In this document: one piece after another, positions 1 through 9,725 of the stretch
Position numbering within the stretch: position 1 is the stretch's first letter
Layout: each line of letters begins with the position of its first letter
Origin: Pseudomonadota bacterium
GTDB lineage: Bacteria > Pseudomonadota > Alphaproteobacteria > Rhizobiales > JANQQB01
Assembly: GCA_038745065.1 (NCBI GenBank)
Contig: JBCDLT010000004.1
Span: 69,507-133,506, forward strand
Length of the DNA: 64,000 nucleotides
Direction: 5' to 3'
Made by a program: the position numbers and the translations under genes
The notes under the pieces: model-generated
What the model saw: only the letters and a program-made list of their open reading frames with translations
Databases searched by the model: none
What the model was told of the DNA's origin: nothing

Positions 1-231
1 TGGATCGGCGGCGCGGTCTGTGTTCTGGGCCTTGCCGTCACACCGGGTCTTGGCCGGGCTTTTGTGACACGGTCGGAAGATGAGGACGCTTCGAAAAACC
101 TGGTGACGGAAGCCGAGCTCTGGCACTGGGATTCCGACCGCATTCTCGATTCATTGCGCGACCGGGTTTCGGCCGGACGGAGCCATACACAACCGGCAAA
201 GGCATCAGGTTCCTTGCGCCGCACCGGTTGA
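1..231 (+). CDS. 3' end of an unidentified protein-coding gene entering from upstream of the window (hydrophobic segment followed by a charged tail)
   Basis: Frame +1 is open from base 1 to TGA at 229-231, with G/C-rich third positions. Translation: WIGGAVCVLGLAVTPGLGRAFVTRSEDEDASKNLVTEAELWHWDSDRILDSLRDRV... No family recognised. Absent from the ORF track because it has no in-window start. Confidence 0.35.
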   Translation, partial: WIGGAVCVLGLAVTPGLGRAFVTRSEDEDASKNLVTEAELWHWDSDRILDSLRDRVSAGRSHTQPAKASGSLRRTG

Positions 232-397
232 TTCCCGGGCTCTTTTGCATTCGGGTCTCTTGAGATCAGACCATTTCCCTTCGGCTAAGCGCCGACGACA
301 TTTCCGGCACACGGCTTAGCTTTCCCGTAGAGGCCAGAGTTCCGATCTGGTTGCTCCGGGGTGCCACGCAAACCCATAGTTTTCGACATCAAAAACC

Positions 398-442
398 TTG
401 GCGCGCTGTGTTGCCGTGCGCCAACTTTTGATAGATTTTTTT
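398..442. terminator. Candidate bidirectional intrinsic terminator hairpin
   Basis: TTGGCGC (398-404) pairs with GCGCCAA (418-424). It is preceded by AAAAACC (391-397) and followed by CTTTTG and a T7 run (425-442). It lies in a 530-bp non-coding gap. Confidence 0.35.
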
Positions 443-763
443 GAACAGTCTGAAAGAATCATATGTCGAAACACCATCACCAACCGGCGCTGGTATATCC
501 GGTCTGTACGGACACCGTCATACGGGCTTTTATCTGGATAGGATCGCCTGACGGATGCTGGTGCTCGGACCTTGTGGCTCCGGCAAATAAAGGAATGAGC
601 GCTGAGTTCCGGGGGCTGTTTCGGTCCCGGCTTGCGGAAAGCGCCTATCTCGGACTGGTGTTCTTCCGCCGCTTGTTTGTGAATCACGGCGGTGAAGTCA
701 AAGTGGTCTCTGCGCCCGACGAAGGGCCGATGTTACCCGCGTCATTTCCCGAATGAGGATCTG

Positions 764-1162
764 ATGATGTCAGCCATATCGAGAATGCTGATTGTCGACG
801 ATGACAGCGACGATCAGTTCCTCTATGCGCGACTGATCAAACGCTCCGGATTTGTCGTCAGTCTGCAGCAGTTTACCGATGCCCGGGAGGCGGTCGGCTT
901 CATCCGAGCCGAACCGCAACAATCGATCGACGTCATCCTGCTGGACATCAACATGCCGGCAATGAATGGATTTGCCTTTCTGGAAGAGATTTCGACGATT
1001 TACTCCGACGAAGCGGCACCTTTCGTCGTCTGCATGCTGACATCCTCGCTGAACCCGAGTGACAGGGAAAAGGCGTCGAGCTACGCAATGGTCCGGCATT
1101 ATTGTCCGAAGCCTCTAACGATGGAAAAACTCGATGAAATCGTCCAGATCGTGGCGTCGTAA
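764..1162 (+). CDS. Single-domain response regulator (CheY-like receiver)
   Basis: LIVDDDSDD...ILLDINMPAMNGFAFL...MLTSS...KPL gives the receiver acidic pocket, phospho-Asp, T/S and K. Start moved to ATG 764, which has GAGGA 5 nt upstream; the ORF track starts at 692. Confidence 0.85.
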   Translation: MMSAISRMLIVDDDSDDQFLYARLIKRSGFVVSLQQFTDAREAVGFIRAEPQQSIDVILLDINMPAMNGFAFLEEISTIYSDEAAPFVVCMLTSSLNPSDREKASSYAMVRHYCPKPLTMEKLDEIVQIVAS

Positions 1163-1288
1163 CTACATGACGAGCCGAGCAATCGTTTTTGAAGCCTGAC
1201 CCGCGAGCTGTCGGCGCGACCGGCGGCGTTGGCGGGCCCGATAGATGCCGCGCCGTGTCTCAGCGCACGCCCGATCCGATCATACCGG

Positions 1289-2071
1289 TCAAGCAGAAAG
1301 ACGTTCCAGGAGTGCAGGAAGGTCGGCAACCGTATCGATAACATGGTCGGCGCCTGCCGCTTTCAGCTTTTGCGACGCACCGGCCCTGAGGATGGCCACT
1401 TCGTTGTCCGGCAAGGCTGAGAGTTCCTCCGGCGTCTTTCCGACATAGTTCCCGGAAAGCGCGACGCCGACGGTCAGGCATCCTGCGGCGACGCCTTCGG
1501 CAATGCCGGGCTCGGTATCGTCGACCTTGACGACCGCTGCCGGCGGGTAGGCAACGAGGTCGACAAAGCACTTGTACATGCCGAGCGGGCCCGGGCGGCC
1601 TTCCGGCAGATCGTCGGCGCAGACCAGGTTGTCGGGCGCATAACCCTGTTCGGCCGCGATCGGCAGGACACGCTCCATAATCGACCGCGTGTAGCCTGTG
1701 GTCGACCCGATCTTCAGACCGCGGGCACGCAACGCCACGATGGCTTCGCGGGTGCCGGGCACGAGGGAAGCGTAGTCTGAGACGACGGATTCGTTCTTTG
1801 GCACGAAGACTTCGTAGACCCGATCGATGTCGGCCTCGCCCGGCTCGTGTCCGTATCGGTCCAGCCATTGGCCGGCGATGGACGGCATCGCCAACATTGC
1901 CTTGACGTGGTCCCGCTTCGGCATGCCCATCGGTTCGCGGGCCTGCTGCCTATCGGCTTTGATGTCGAATTCGGCGAAGGCCTTTACGAACGCGCCCATG
2001 GGCGCGAATGAACCGAAATCGATCGTCGTGCCCGCCCAATCGAAGACAACGGCCTTGAACTCAGTCATCAT
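1289..2071 (-). CDS. phnX: Phosphonoacetaldehyde hydrolase (phosphonatase, HAD superfamily)
   Basis: VVFDWAGTTIDFGSFAP...PMGMPKRDHV...GLKIGSTTGYTR...RPGPLGMYK...KVDDT is collinear with my recollection of characterised PhnX. A GAGGGA RBS precedes the start. Confidence 0.88.
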   Translation of the reverse strand: MMTEFKAVVFDWAGTTIDFGSFAPMGAFVKAFAEFDIKADRQQAREPMGMPKRDHVKAMLAMPSIAGQWLDRYGHEPGEADIDRVYEVFVPKNESVVSDYASLVPGTREAIVALRARGLKIGSTTGYTRSIMERVLPIAAEQGYAPDNLVCADDLPEGRPGPLGMYKCFVDLVAYPPAAVVKVDDTEPGIAEGVAAGCLTVGVALSGNYVGKTPEELSALPDNEVAILRAGASQKLKAAGADHVIDTVADLPALLERLSA

Positions 2072-2210
2072 TCCCTCGCCCGTGAATTAGGATCCGCTGC
2101 ATTGACTGTCGGCCTTTCTACCTGCCTTCCGGAAACCGCTTCAGCGCGGACTTTGCGTGGTTGCAATCCCGTGATTTGCGAAGCGCGCAGAGGTTGCCTA
2201 TCTATGGCCG

Positions 2211-2954
2211 ATGCGTGCAATCCTGATAGCCTTTCTCGTGCTTCTGATCGGGCCCGTACTCTTGCGGGCGGCCGTCTATGCGGCAAGCGAGCCGCAAGCG
2301 CATTGGTCGAATGCCGACCGCTCGCCGGTCGGGCTGGCACCCGACCCAATGGTCGAACGGGATGCCATCGTCCAGGTCTATGCGGCGCGCGCCTACCGCT
2401 GGCGCGGCATCTTTGCGGTTCATACGTGGATCGCGCTCAAACCGGCCGGCGCAGCCGATTATACACGCTACGACGTCATGGGGTGGGGCCGGCCGCTGCG
2501 CATCGGCTCGGGCACGCCCGACAGCCGCTGGTTCGGCAACGATCCGGAATTGCTGTTTGAGGCCCGCGGCGACAAAGCCGCCGCCATGATCCCGAAGATC
2601 CAGGACGCCGTAGCCGCCTATCGCTATGCGGATTACGGCGAATACGTGCTCTGGCCGGGCCCGAACTCCAACTCATTCGTTGCCGAAATCGCCCGCCAGG
2701 TCCCCGACCTGAAGGTTGCGCTGCCGCCCAATGCCGTCGGCAAGGATTTCGGCCCGCATTGGTTTTCGCTGATGCCGACCCCGTCCAATACCGGCTGGCA
2801 GATTTCCGTTGCCGGCTATGTCGGCGTTGCGGGCGGCCTCGTCGAAGGCCTGGAACTGCATGTGCTCGGCCAGACGCTCGGCATCGACTTTCTCCGCCCG
2901 GCGCTGAAATTCCCGGCGCTTGGCCGGATCGGAATGGCCGCCTATACGGGTTAA
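2211..2954 (+). CDS. Hypothetical protein with an N-terminal signal/anchor, DUF3750-like
   Basis: 247-aa ORF with hydrophobic N-terminus MRAILIAFLVLLIGPVLL and coding-like composition. The DUF3750 assignment is from memory of that family and is unverified. Confidence 0.6.
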   Translation: MRAILIAFLVLLIGPVLLRAAVYAASEPQAHWSNADRSPVGLAPDPMVERDAIVQVYAARAYRWRGIFAVHTWIALKPAGAADYTRYDVMGWGRPLRIGSGTPDSRWFGNDPELLFEARGDKAAAMIPKIQDAVAAYRYADYGEYVLWPGPNSNSFVAEIARQVPDLKVALPPNAVGKDFGPHWFSLMPTPSNTGWQISVAGYVGVAGGLVEGLELHVLGQTLGIDFLRPALKFPALGRIGMAAYTG

Positions 2955-3853
2955 ACCGATCCTGCGACCTCCAGCGCGGTCGAGAAAGTCTGTGTCTCAC
3001 CTCCTTCAAGCATGACCAGCCCGCTGTCGCCGGACGGATCGAGACACACATTGTGCGCGTTCGGCGAATGGGTGACCGGTTCGAAACAGAAATACGGCTC
3101 GCCGACCGGCGCATAGAAGACGGCACGGCTCGTACCGGGATCTGCACGAAGAACAAGACGGTGTCCGTCGGACAGCACGACTTCCGCAAGTCCTGACCAT
3201 CCGACCAGGGCATTGTCGAACCCGTCGTCAGGCAAGATTCCCTTACTCAGACCGGAGATGACCGGATGCGCGCTGTCGAGCGCTATCGGGATCTGGCGCG
3301 GATCGGTCAAAAGCGTACCGGTGCATGGCGCTGTCAGACGGGTTTCCTCTGTCCGCGGAAAGTATGGATGAAACCCGAGGCCCGACGGCATGGGGCGGGC
3401 CGACAGGTTGGTCAGACCGAGCCGCATGGTCAAAGCCGTCGGTGACACGGTGTAGGTCAATTCGCTGCGGGTCTGCCAAGGCCAGGCCTCATCGGCCGGG
3501 CAGTCCAGTCTGAGAGCGGTTTCACAATCGGTTCGGGCGGCAACCGCCCAGGGGCGCTGCCAGCCAAAGCCGTGAATGGCTAGGCCATCGGGCCAGTTCG
3601 GCTGGAGCCGCACGATATCCGTGTCGAGGGAGAACGTTGCTCCGTCGATCCGGTTCGAAAAAGGCACGAGCGGAAAGCAGGCGCGCTCCAGAATGTCGCG
3701 GCTCGCTTCGGGCGTCGGGCGCAGCCAATCGATCTGTATGCCGCCCTCGAGTACGGAGCGAAACCATAGCAGCGACCCGCCGGCCTCCGGATCAATACCG
3801 ACACTAAGCGGACCGGCCCGGATCGAAATCGGTCGGGGACCCTCCCCGCTCAC
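2951..3853 (-). CDS. Aldose 1-epimerase (mutarotase) family protein
   Basis: The GLGFHPYFP motif and overall pattern fit the aldose-epimerase fold. Start set at GTG 3853, which forms a GTGA overlap with the upstream SDR stop. The ORF-track ATG at 4012 would overlap the SDR gene by 160 nt. Confidence 0.72.
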   Translation of the reverse strand: MSGEGPRPISIRAGPLSVGIDPEAGGSLLWFRSVLEGGIQIDWLRPTPEASRDILERACFPLVPFSNRIDGATFSLDTDIVRLQPNWPDGLAIHGFGWQRPWAVAARTDCETALRLDCPADEAWPWQTRSELTYTVSPTALTMRLGLTNLSARPMPSGLGFHPYFPRTEETRLTAPCTGTLLTDPRQIPIALDSAHPVISGLSKGILPDDGFDNALVGWSGLAEVVLSDGHRLVLRADPGTSRAVFYAPVGEPYFCFEPVTHSPNAHNVCLDPSGDSGLVMLEGGETQTFSTALEVAGSV

Positions 3854-4623
3854 CCGATCAACCCGCCGTCGACCACAAATTCCTGCGACGTGCAGGCCGA
3901 GGAAACGTCGGAGGCCAGAAACAGCACCATTGCCGCCACATCCGTTTCCACCAGGCGCCGGTGCAGGCATTGTTCCTGCAGGATGCGCGCCTCGTCCTCC
4001 GGCGAAATCCAAAGGTCGAGCTGGCGCTGGGTGAGGATTGCGCCGGGCACCACGGAGTTCACCCGGATGCCGGCCCCGCCGTATTCACGCGCAAGCGACC
4101 GTGTCAGACCTTTGACGGCCGATTTGGCCGTCGAATAGACGGAAAGATCCTTGATGCCGACGGTCGGCGCTACCGATCCGAAGTTGACGATCGACCCCCG
4201 GCGCCGCTTCTGCATGTGGGCAAAGGCGTGCTGCGACGCCACGAACTGATGGCGCAGGTTCACCTTGATGCAGGTATCCCAGAACGCCGCGTCGACGGCC
4301 TCCACCAGATGACGGGTATCGTTGGCGGCGTTGTTGACCAGGATATCGAGCCCGCCATCGGCCTCCGCAACATCGAGGGCTGCGTGTAGAGCCGCATCTT
4401 CAGTGACGTCACACAGGGTGAAGACCGGCCTCGTCCCGGTCGCGGTCGCGATACTTTCCACGAGGTCATGGGCGACCTGTTCCTGTACGTCGATGAAGTG
4501 TACCCGGCACCCCTGCCCGGCAAACGCGGATACGATCGCCGCGCCGATTCCGGTCGCTCCGCCCGAAACAAATACGGTCCGGTCGGCAAGGTCGCGATAG
4601 GTTGCCGGGGCGGTATCGGCCAT
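3850..4623 (-). CDS. Short-chain dehydrogenase/reductase (SDR), candidate sugar 1-dehydrogenase
   Basis: Carries TGIGAAIV (TGxxxGxG), NNAA and YSTAKSA (YxxxK). It is divergent from xylF and translationally coupled to the epimerase. Confidence 0.85.
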   Translation of the reverse strand: MADTAPATYRDLADRTVFVSGGATGIGAAIVSAFAGQGCRVHFIDVQEQVAHDLVESIATATGTRPVFTLCDVTEDAALHAALDVAEADGGLDILVNNAANDTRHLVEAVDAAFWDTCIKVNLRHQFVASQHAFAHMQKRRRGSIVNFGSVAPTVGIKDLSVYSTAKSAVKGLTRSLAREYGGAGIRVNSVVPGAILTQRQLDLWISPEDEARILQEQCLHRRLVETDVAAMVLFLASDVSSACTSQEFVVDGGLIG

Positions 4624-4732
4624 GGTGATTTTCCCTCTGAAAACAGCGTGAAAAATTAAATCGTCCGTGCGGTTCGCATGCGCAGGACACTATGCTAGCG
4701 TCGCCAATCAAAAAACACCCACGGAGGAGAAG

Positions 4733-5782
4733 ATGCAGGGTTTTCGGGATTTTACACGGGCAGCCGCCGCTCTGGTCGTCGGCGTCGGGATCGCCGGCTC
4801 GACCGCCGCGCAGGCCGCTGACATTACGGTTGGGGTGTCCTGGTCGAATTTTCAGGAAGAACGCTGGAAAACCGATGAAGCGGCCATGAAAACCGCGCTC
4901 GAAGCCGCCGGTGCCGCCTACATCTCTACCGACGCGCAAAGCTCTACGGCCAAACAATTGTCCGACGTGGAGAGCCTGATTGCGCGCGGCGCCAACGCAC
5001 TCATCATTCTGGCGCAGGACGCCTCGGCCATCACGCCGGCCGTGAACAAGGCTGTTCAGGAAGGCATCCCGGTTGTCGGCTATGACCGGCTGATCGAGAA
5101 CCCGGACGCCTTCTACCTGACCTTCGACAATGTCGAGGTCGGCCGCATGCAGGCGCGGGCCGTGCTGGCCGCCCAACCGAGCGGCAATTACGTGTTCATC
5201 AAGGGCTCGGCGCAGGATCCGAACGCCGATTTCCTGCATGGCGGACAGGTCGAGGTTCTGAAAGAAGCCATGGACAAGGGCGATATCAAGGTTGTCGGAG
5301 AACAATATACCGACGGCTGGCTGCCGGCGAATGCACAGCGCAATATGGAACAGATCCTGACGGCGAACGACAACAAGGTCGATGCGGTCGTGGCGTCCAA
5401 TGACGGAACGGCCGGCGGGGTCGTCGCCGCGCTTACCGCACAGGGTCTTGAGGGCATTCCGGTTTCCGGCCAGGACGGCGACCACGCTGCGCTCAACCGG
5501 GTTGCGGTCGGCACGCAGACGGTCTCCGTCTGGAAAGACGCCCGCGAGCTCGGCAAGGCCGCGGCAAACATCGCCGTTGCTCTGGCCAAGGGGACCGCGC
5601 CGGCCGATGTCGAGGGCGCTCAGAAATGGACCAGCCCGGGCGGTGTGGAGATGGATTCCATCTTCCTCGCGCCGGTGCCGATTACCCGGGACAACCTCAA
5701 TGTCGTGATCGATGCGGGCTGGATCACCAAGGACGCCGCCTGCAACGGCGCACCGGCGGGCAAGGTTGCCGCTTGTAACTGA
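4733..5782 (+). CDS. xylF: D-xylose ABC transporter substrate-binding protein
   Basis: Signal peptide ending [25 protein letters not shown], then a periplasmic-binding fold typical of XylF. ATG 4733 is preceded by GGAGGAGA. Confidence 0.85.
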   Translation: MQGFRDFTRAAAALVVGVGIAGSTAAQAADITVGVSWSNFQEERWKTDEAAMKTALEAAGAAYISTDAQSSTAKQLSDVESLIARGANALIILAQDASAITPAVNKAVQEGIPVVGYDRLIENPDAFYLTFDNVEVGRMQARAVLAAQPSGNYVFIKGSAQDPNADFLHGGQVEVLKEAMDKGDIKVVGEQYTDGWLPANAQRNMEQILTANDNKVDAVVASNDGTAGGVVAALTAQGLEGIPVSGQDGDHAALNRVAVGTQTVSVWKDARELGKAAANIAVALAKGTAPADVEGAQKWTSPGGVEMDSIFLAPVPITRDNLNVVIDAGWITKDAACNGAPAGKVAACN

Positions 5783-5858
5783 CCTTCCGAGGGATTGACG
5801 GGACCGGCCGGACACGCGCCGGTCCCATGCACTCAGACCGGCATATCCAAGGGCTGCC

Positions 5859-7154
5859 ATGTCCGTATCCCCGACCTCGGGCACGCCACAATCGTTGCCC
5901 GCCCGTATCGCGCGCCAAATGGAACTGGACGTCCGGCTTCTCGGCATGGTCGTCGCGCTGCTCGTCATCTGGGTCGCCTTCGATCTCCTGACAGGCGGCC
6001 GGTTCATCACCCCGCGCAACCTTTTTAACCTGACCGTCCAGACCGCCTCGGTCGCCGTGATGGCGACCGGCATGGTCTTCGTGATCGTCGCCCGCCACAT
6101 CGACCTGTCCGTCGGTTCCGTGCTCGGTTTCGTGGCCATGCTGATGGGCGCGTTCCAGAGCCAGTGGCTGCCGGGCGTGCTTGGGCCCGACAATCCCGCG
6201 ATCTGGCTTCTGACAATCGGTTTCGGCCTGATCGTCGGCAGCGCGATCGGCGCGCTTCAGGGCTATATCATCGGCTACCTGGCGATCCCGGCCTTCATCG
6301 TCACGCTCGGCGGCCTTTTGGTCTGGCGCGGCGCGGCATGGTGGGTGACGACCGGACAGACGATCGCGCCACTCGATTCAACCTTTCTGATCTTCGGCGG
6401 CGGCATCCAGGGCACGCTCGGCTTTTTGTGGAGCTGGATATTCGGTGCCATCTGCATGGTCGCCATCGTCTATCTGACGATCGCCAACCGGCAGAAACGC
6501 AAGGCCTTCCAGTTCCCCCTGAAACCGGTCTGGGCGGAATACACCAACGCCATCACGCTGAGCGCCGGCGTGATCCTGTTCGTCGGCGTCATGAATGCCT
6601 ATCCGATCCCCGAACGCGCCGCCAACCGGTTGGCGGAGGCACGCGGTATCCCGGTTCCGGAAGACGGACTCGGCTGGGTGCACGGCATTGCCATTCCGGT
6701 GGTGATCGTTGCGATCGTCGCGCTTGTCATGACCTTTGTGGCGCGCCGGACGAAATTCGGCCGCTATGTATTCGCGATCGGCGGCAATCCGCAGGCGGCC
6801 GACCTGTCGGGGATCGATACTAAGAAGATGACGGTCTACATCTTCACCCTGATGGGGGCGCTGTGTGCGCTCTCGGCGGTGATCGCCTCGGCACGCCTGC
6901 AATCGGCGGCTAACGATCTCGGCACGCTCGACGAACTCCGCGTGATCGCGGCCGCGGTCATCGGCGGCACGTCGCTGGCCGGCGGTGTGGGCACGATCTA
7001 CGGCGCAATCCTTGGCGCCCTCGTGATGCAGAGCCTGCAATCCGGCATGGCGCTGGTCGGCGTCCAGACCTCGCTGCAATCGATCATCATCGGCATCGTG
7101 CTGGTTGCGGCCGTGTGGATCGATCAGCTTTACCGCCGGCGGATCGGGGCATGA
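5859..7154 (+). CDS. xylH: Sugar (xylose) ABC transporter permease
   Basis: 431-aa polytopic membrane protein of the ribose/xylose permease family ([29 protein letters not shown]...), directly downstream of xylF. Confidence 0.85.
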   Translation: MSVSPTSGTPQSLPARIARQMELDVRLLGMVVALLVIWVAFDLLTGGRFITPRNLFNLTVQTASVAVMATGMVFVIVARHIDLSVGSVLGFVAMLMGAFQSQWLPGVLGPDNPAIWLLTIGFGLIVGSAIGALQGYIIGYLAIPAFIVTLGGLLVWRGAAWWVTTGQTIAPLDSTFLIFGGGIQGTLGFLWSWIFGAICMVAIVYLTIANRQKRKAFQFPLKPVWAEYTNAITLSAGVILFVGVMNAYPIPERAANRLAEARGIPVPEDGLGWVHGIAIPVVIVAIVALVMTFVARRTKFGRYVFAIGGNPQAADLSGIDTKKMTVYIFTLMGALCALSAVIASARLQSAANDLGTLDELRVIAAAVIGGTSLAGGVGTIYGAILGALVMQSLQSGMALVGVQTSLQSIIIGIVLVAAVWIDQLYRRRIGA

Positions 7155-7164
7155 GGGCGAAGCG

Positions 7165-7935
7165 ATGACCGATCAGACCCCGCTTGTTGAAATGCGCGAC
7201 ATTCATGTGAGCTTCGGCGGCATCAAGGCTGTCGACGGTGTGAGCTGTACGCTCAATCCGGGCGAAGTCGTCGGGTTGCTTGGCCATAACGGCGCCGGCA
7301 AGTCGACGCTCATCAAGGTGTTGTCGGGCGCCTACCGGGCCGATGAGGGTGCAATCCTGATCAACGGCGAGGAAGCGGCCATTTCCAGCCCTCGCGACGC
7401 ACGGCGCTACAACATCGAGACCATCTACCAGACGCTGGCACTCGCCGACAACCTGGACGCAGCCTCCAACCTGTTTCTCGGGCGCGAGCTGACAACGGCG
7501 ACCGGCAGTCTCGACGACGTGCGCATGGAGGCGGAAACCCGCAAGATCATGGGCCGCCTCAACCCGAATTTCCGGAAGTTCGAAGCGCCGGTATCGGCCC
7601 TTTCCGGCGGCCAGCGGCAATCGGTGGCGATTGCCCGAGCGGTCTATTTCGAGGCAAAAATCCTGATCATGGACGAGCCGACGGCCGCGCTCGGGGTGCA
7701 GGAAACCGCCATGGTCTCGGAGCTCATCAAACAGCTCAAATCGGAAGGCATCAGCATCTTTCTGATCAGCCATGACATCCATGATGTCTTTGATCTGTCC
7801 GACAGACTGACGGTCATGAAAAACGGCCGCCTCGTCGATACCGTCCGGGTCGAGGACGTTTCGCAAGACGATGTGCTGGCTATGATCATTGCCGGCCAGC
7901 GCCCGAACGGGGGACAGATTACAAACGGCGGCTGA
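7165..7935 (+). CDS. Sugar ABC transporter ATP-binding protein (single NBD)
   Basis: Walker [10 protein letters not shown], signature LSGGQRQ, Walker B ILIMDEPT and H-loop ISHD. Start moved to ATG 7165, 11 nt after the xylH stop. Confidence 0.85.
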   Translation: MTDQTPLVEMRDIHVSFGGIKAVDGVSCTLNPGEVVGLLGHNGAGKSTLIKVLSGAYRADEGAILINGEEAAISSPRDARRYNIETIYQTLALADNLDAASNLFLGRELTTATGSLDDVRMEAETRKIMGRLNPNFRKFEAPVSALSGGQRQSVAIARAVYFEAKILIMDEPTAALGVQETAMVSELIKQLKSEGISIFLISHDIHDVFDLSDRLTVMKNGRLVDTVRVEDVSQDDVLAMIIAGQRPNGGQITNGG

Positions 7936-7970
7936 TCTACGGATCGGCACCAACATGAAGGTGCATCATC

Positions 7971-9644
7971 ATGACAGGTCTCACGGCGCCAGGGCTCGGC
8001 CCCCTGGTCGGTCACGTCACCCACGATACGGCCCGCATCTGGGTCCGGGCGCACCAGGAAACGGACCGTGAGATCATTGACGATGCCAATTCCCGCACAC
8101 TCGGTGTGCTCACGGTCCTGTCGGAGGGCAATTCGCGCTACCAGCGCGGCGAAGCGCCGTGTTTTTACTTTCGGCTGCGACGGGAGTTTTCGCGCACCGG
8201 GACAATTACGCTCGGCGAAGCGATCAACGGGTGGAAGGGCAAGGCCTTTTCGCTGAAACCGGACACACGATACGTCCTGCGCGTCGGCGTCTTGACGCTC
8301 GACGATCCGAACCCGTTCTTTGACAGCATGGACTGGTCGGACCTTGTGACCCGGCTGCCCGACGTCACCGCCTGGGAGGACGACCTGCGGCAGCTTCCGG
8401 CCGAGGAATCCGAAGCCGCCTTCTTCACCTTTCCCGAACCGAAGGACATGGGACGCTTCAAGTTCCTGCTCGGATCCTGCCGGTATCCCGGCATCGACTG
8501 GAAACAGCGCAAGTCCGACGAGATCTTCGGTCCGATGGCCGAACGCTCGACACGGCGCGACGGCGCCCGGTTCGCGCTCATGGTCGGCGACCAGATCTAT
8601 GCCGACACGCTCAACCGCTTCATCCCGATCGGGCGAGCCGATACGTTCGAGGAGTTCGAGGAGCGATATGTCTCGGCCTATGGCTCACCGAATATGCGCC
8701 GCCTTCTGCGCCATACACCGACCTATATGATCCTAGACGACCATGAGATCGAGGACAATTGGGATACCGAACGGCTGAAGAAGGACGGTGGGCACCGGCT
8801 CTTCACGCTCGCGACCGATGCCTACATGAGTTACCAGTGGAGCCACGGTCCGCGCAGTTTCGGCAAGCGTTTCTATTATCAGTTCGACTACGGCAGGTTT
8901 CCATTCTTCGTGCTCGATACCCGCACGCAGCGCTATTTCGCCGGCGATTCAAAGGTTATGAAAAACCGGCACATGCTCGGCGCGCCGACGCGGCCCGGCG
9001 TGCCGCCCGGCCAGCTTGTCCGGCTGCTCGACTGGCTTGGCGCGATGCAGAAGCAACGCAAGAACGTTCCAAAGTTCGTGGTGTCTCCGGCAGTGTTTGT
9101 TCCCAGTCCGGTAAGCGCGGCGGAAGACAGGGCGACCGACGCCGAAAAGATTGCCAGCGATTCCTGGCCGGCCTTCATCGAAACCAAACGCGCGATCCTG
9201 CGCTACATCGTCGATAATCAGATCCAGAACGTGGTGTTCCTGTCCGGCGACATTCACTGTGCCAACATCTCCCAAATCCGGTTCGACGGTTCCGCGAAGG
9301 CGCGAAAACTCAAGACCTTTGCCGTGACGTCGTCGGCCTTTTACTGGCCGTTTCCGTTCGCCGACGGAGAGCCGTCGGAATTCGTTCACGATTCTGCCTC
9401 CGAAGACGACGCCGATACGTTCGATGTCGATCCCGATGCGGGCATCAAGATGGATTATGTGACCGACAGCTTCACCCAGGACGACAATTTTGCACAGATC
9501 ACGGTCGATGCGGCCGCCCAGTCGATGCGCGTCGAGTTCTTCAACAAGAAGGGCACGATCGTCGAGGAAGAGGAATGGATGGGCCTCTTCAAGCCACCCC
9601 GCAAGACGAAACTGAGCAAGGTCCTGAAATTCGCCGCGTTTTGA
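7971..9644 (+). CDS. PhoD-like metallophosphatase (alkaline phosphatase D family), no signal peptide
   Basis: N-terminal GPLVGHVTHDTARIWVRA (PhoD N-domain-like), plus LLGSCRYPG, MVGDQIYAD, ILDDHEIEDNW and VFLSGDIHCANI metallophosphatase blocks. Confidence 0.7.
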   Translation: MTGLTAPGLGPLVGHVTHDTARIWVRAHQETDREIIDDANSRTLGVLTVLSEGNSRYQRGEAPCFYFRLRREFSRTGTITLGEAINGWKGKAFSLKPDTRYVLRVGVLTLDDPNPFFDSMDWSDLVTRLPDVTAWEDDLRQLPAEESEAAFFTFPEPKDMGRFKFLLGSCRYPGIDWKQRKSDEIFGPMAERSTRRDGARFALMVGDQIYADTLNRFIPIGRADTFEEFEERYVSAYGSPNMRRLLRHTPTYMILDDHEIEDNWDTERLKKDGGHRLFTLATDAYMSYQWSHGPRSFGKRFYYQFDYGRFPFFVLDTRTQRYFAGDSKVMKNRHMLGAPTRPGVPPGQLVRLLDWLGAMQKQRKNVPKFVVSPAVFVPSPVSAAEDRATDAEKIASDSWPAFIETKRAILRYIVDNQIQNVVFLSGDIHCANISQIRFDGSAKARKLKTFAVTSSAFYWPFPFADGEPSEFVHDSASEDDADTFDVDPDAGIKMDYVTDSFTQDDNFAQITVDAAAQSMRVEFFNKKGTIVEEEEWMGLFKPPRKTKLSKVLKFAAF

Positions 9645-9725
9645 CGGCGAAGTGTCCTTTGATTACGGGCCGTCCCGACGGAAAAGGGCCTGCGTTCGGC
9701 TACGGCTGTTCCAACGGCCGGTATG

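Noticed and set aside
316-756. Two mutually overlapping ORFs (316-687 minus, 463-756 plus) in the 5' gap
   Set aside because: Neither has an RBS, a recognisable family or a convincing composition, and they overlap each other on opposite strands. The region is treated as non-coding and is flagged separately as a finding.
7165-7935. Possibility that the 256-aa ATPase is a truncated xylG (the E. coli XylG I recall has two NBDs)
   Set aside because: The single NBD is complete (Walker A, Q-loop region, signature, Walker B, H-loop) and ends cleanly. Single-NBD ATPases acting as homodimers are common in this transporter class, so this is not a pseudogene.
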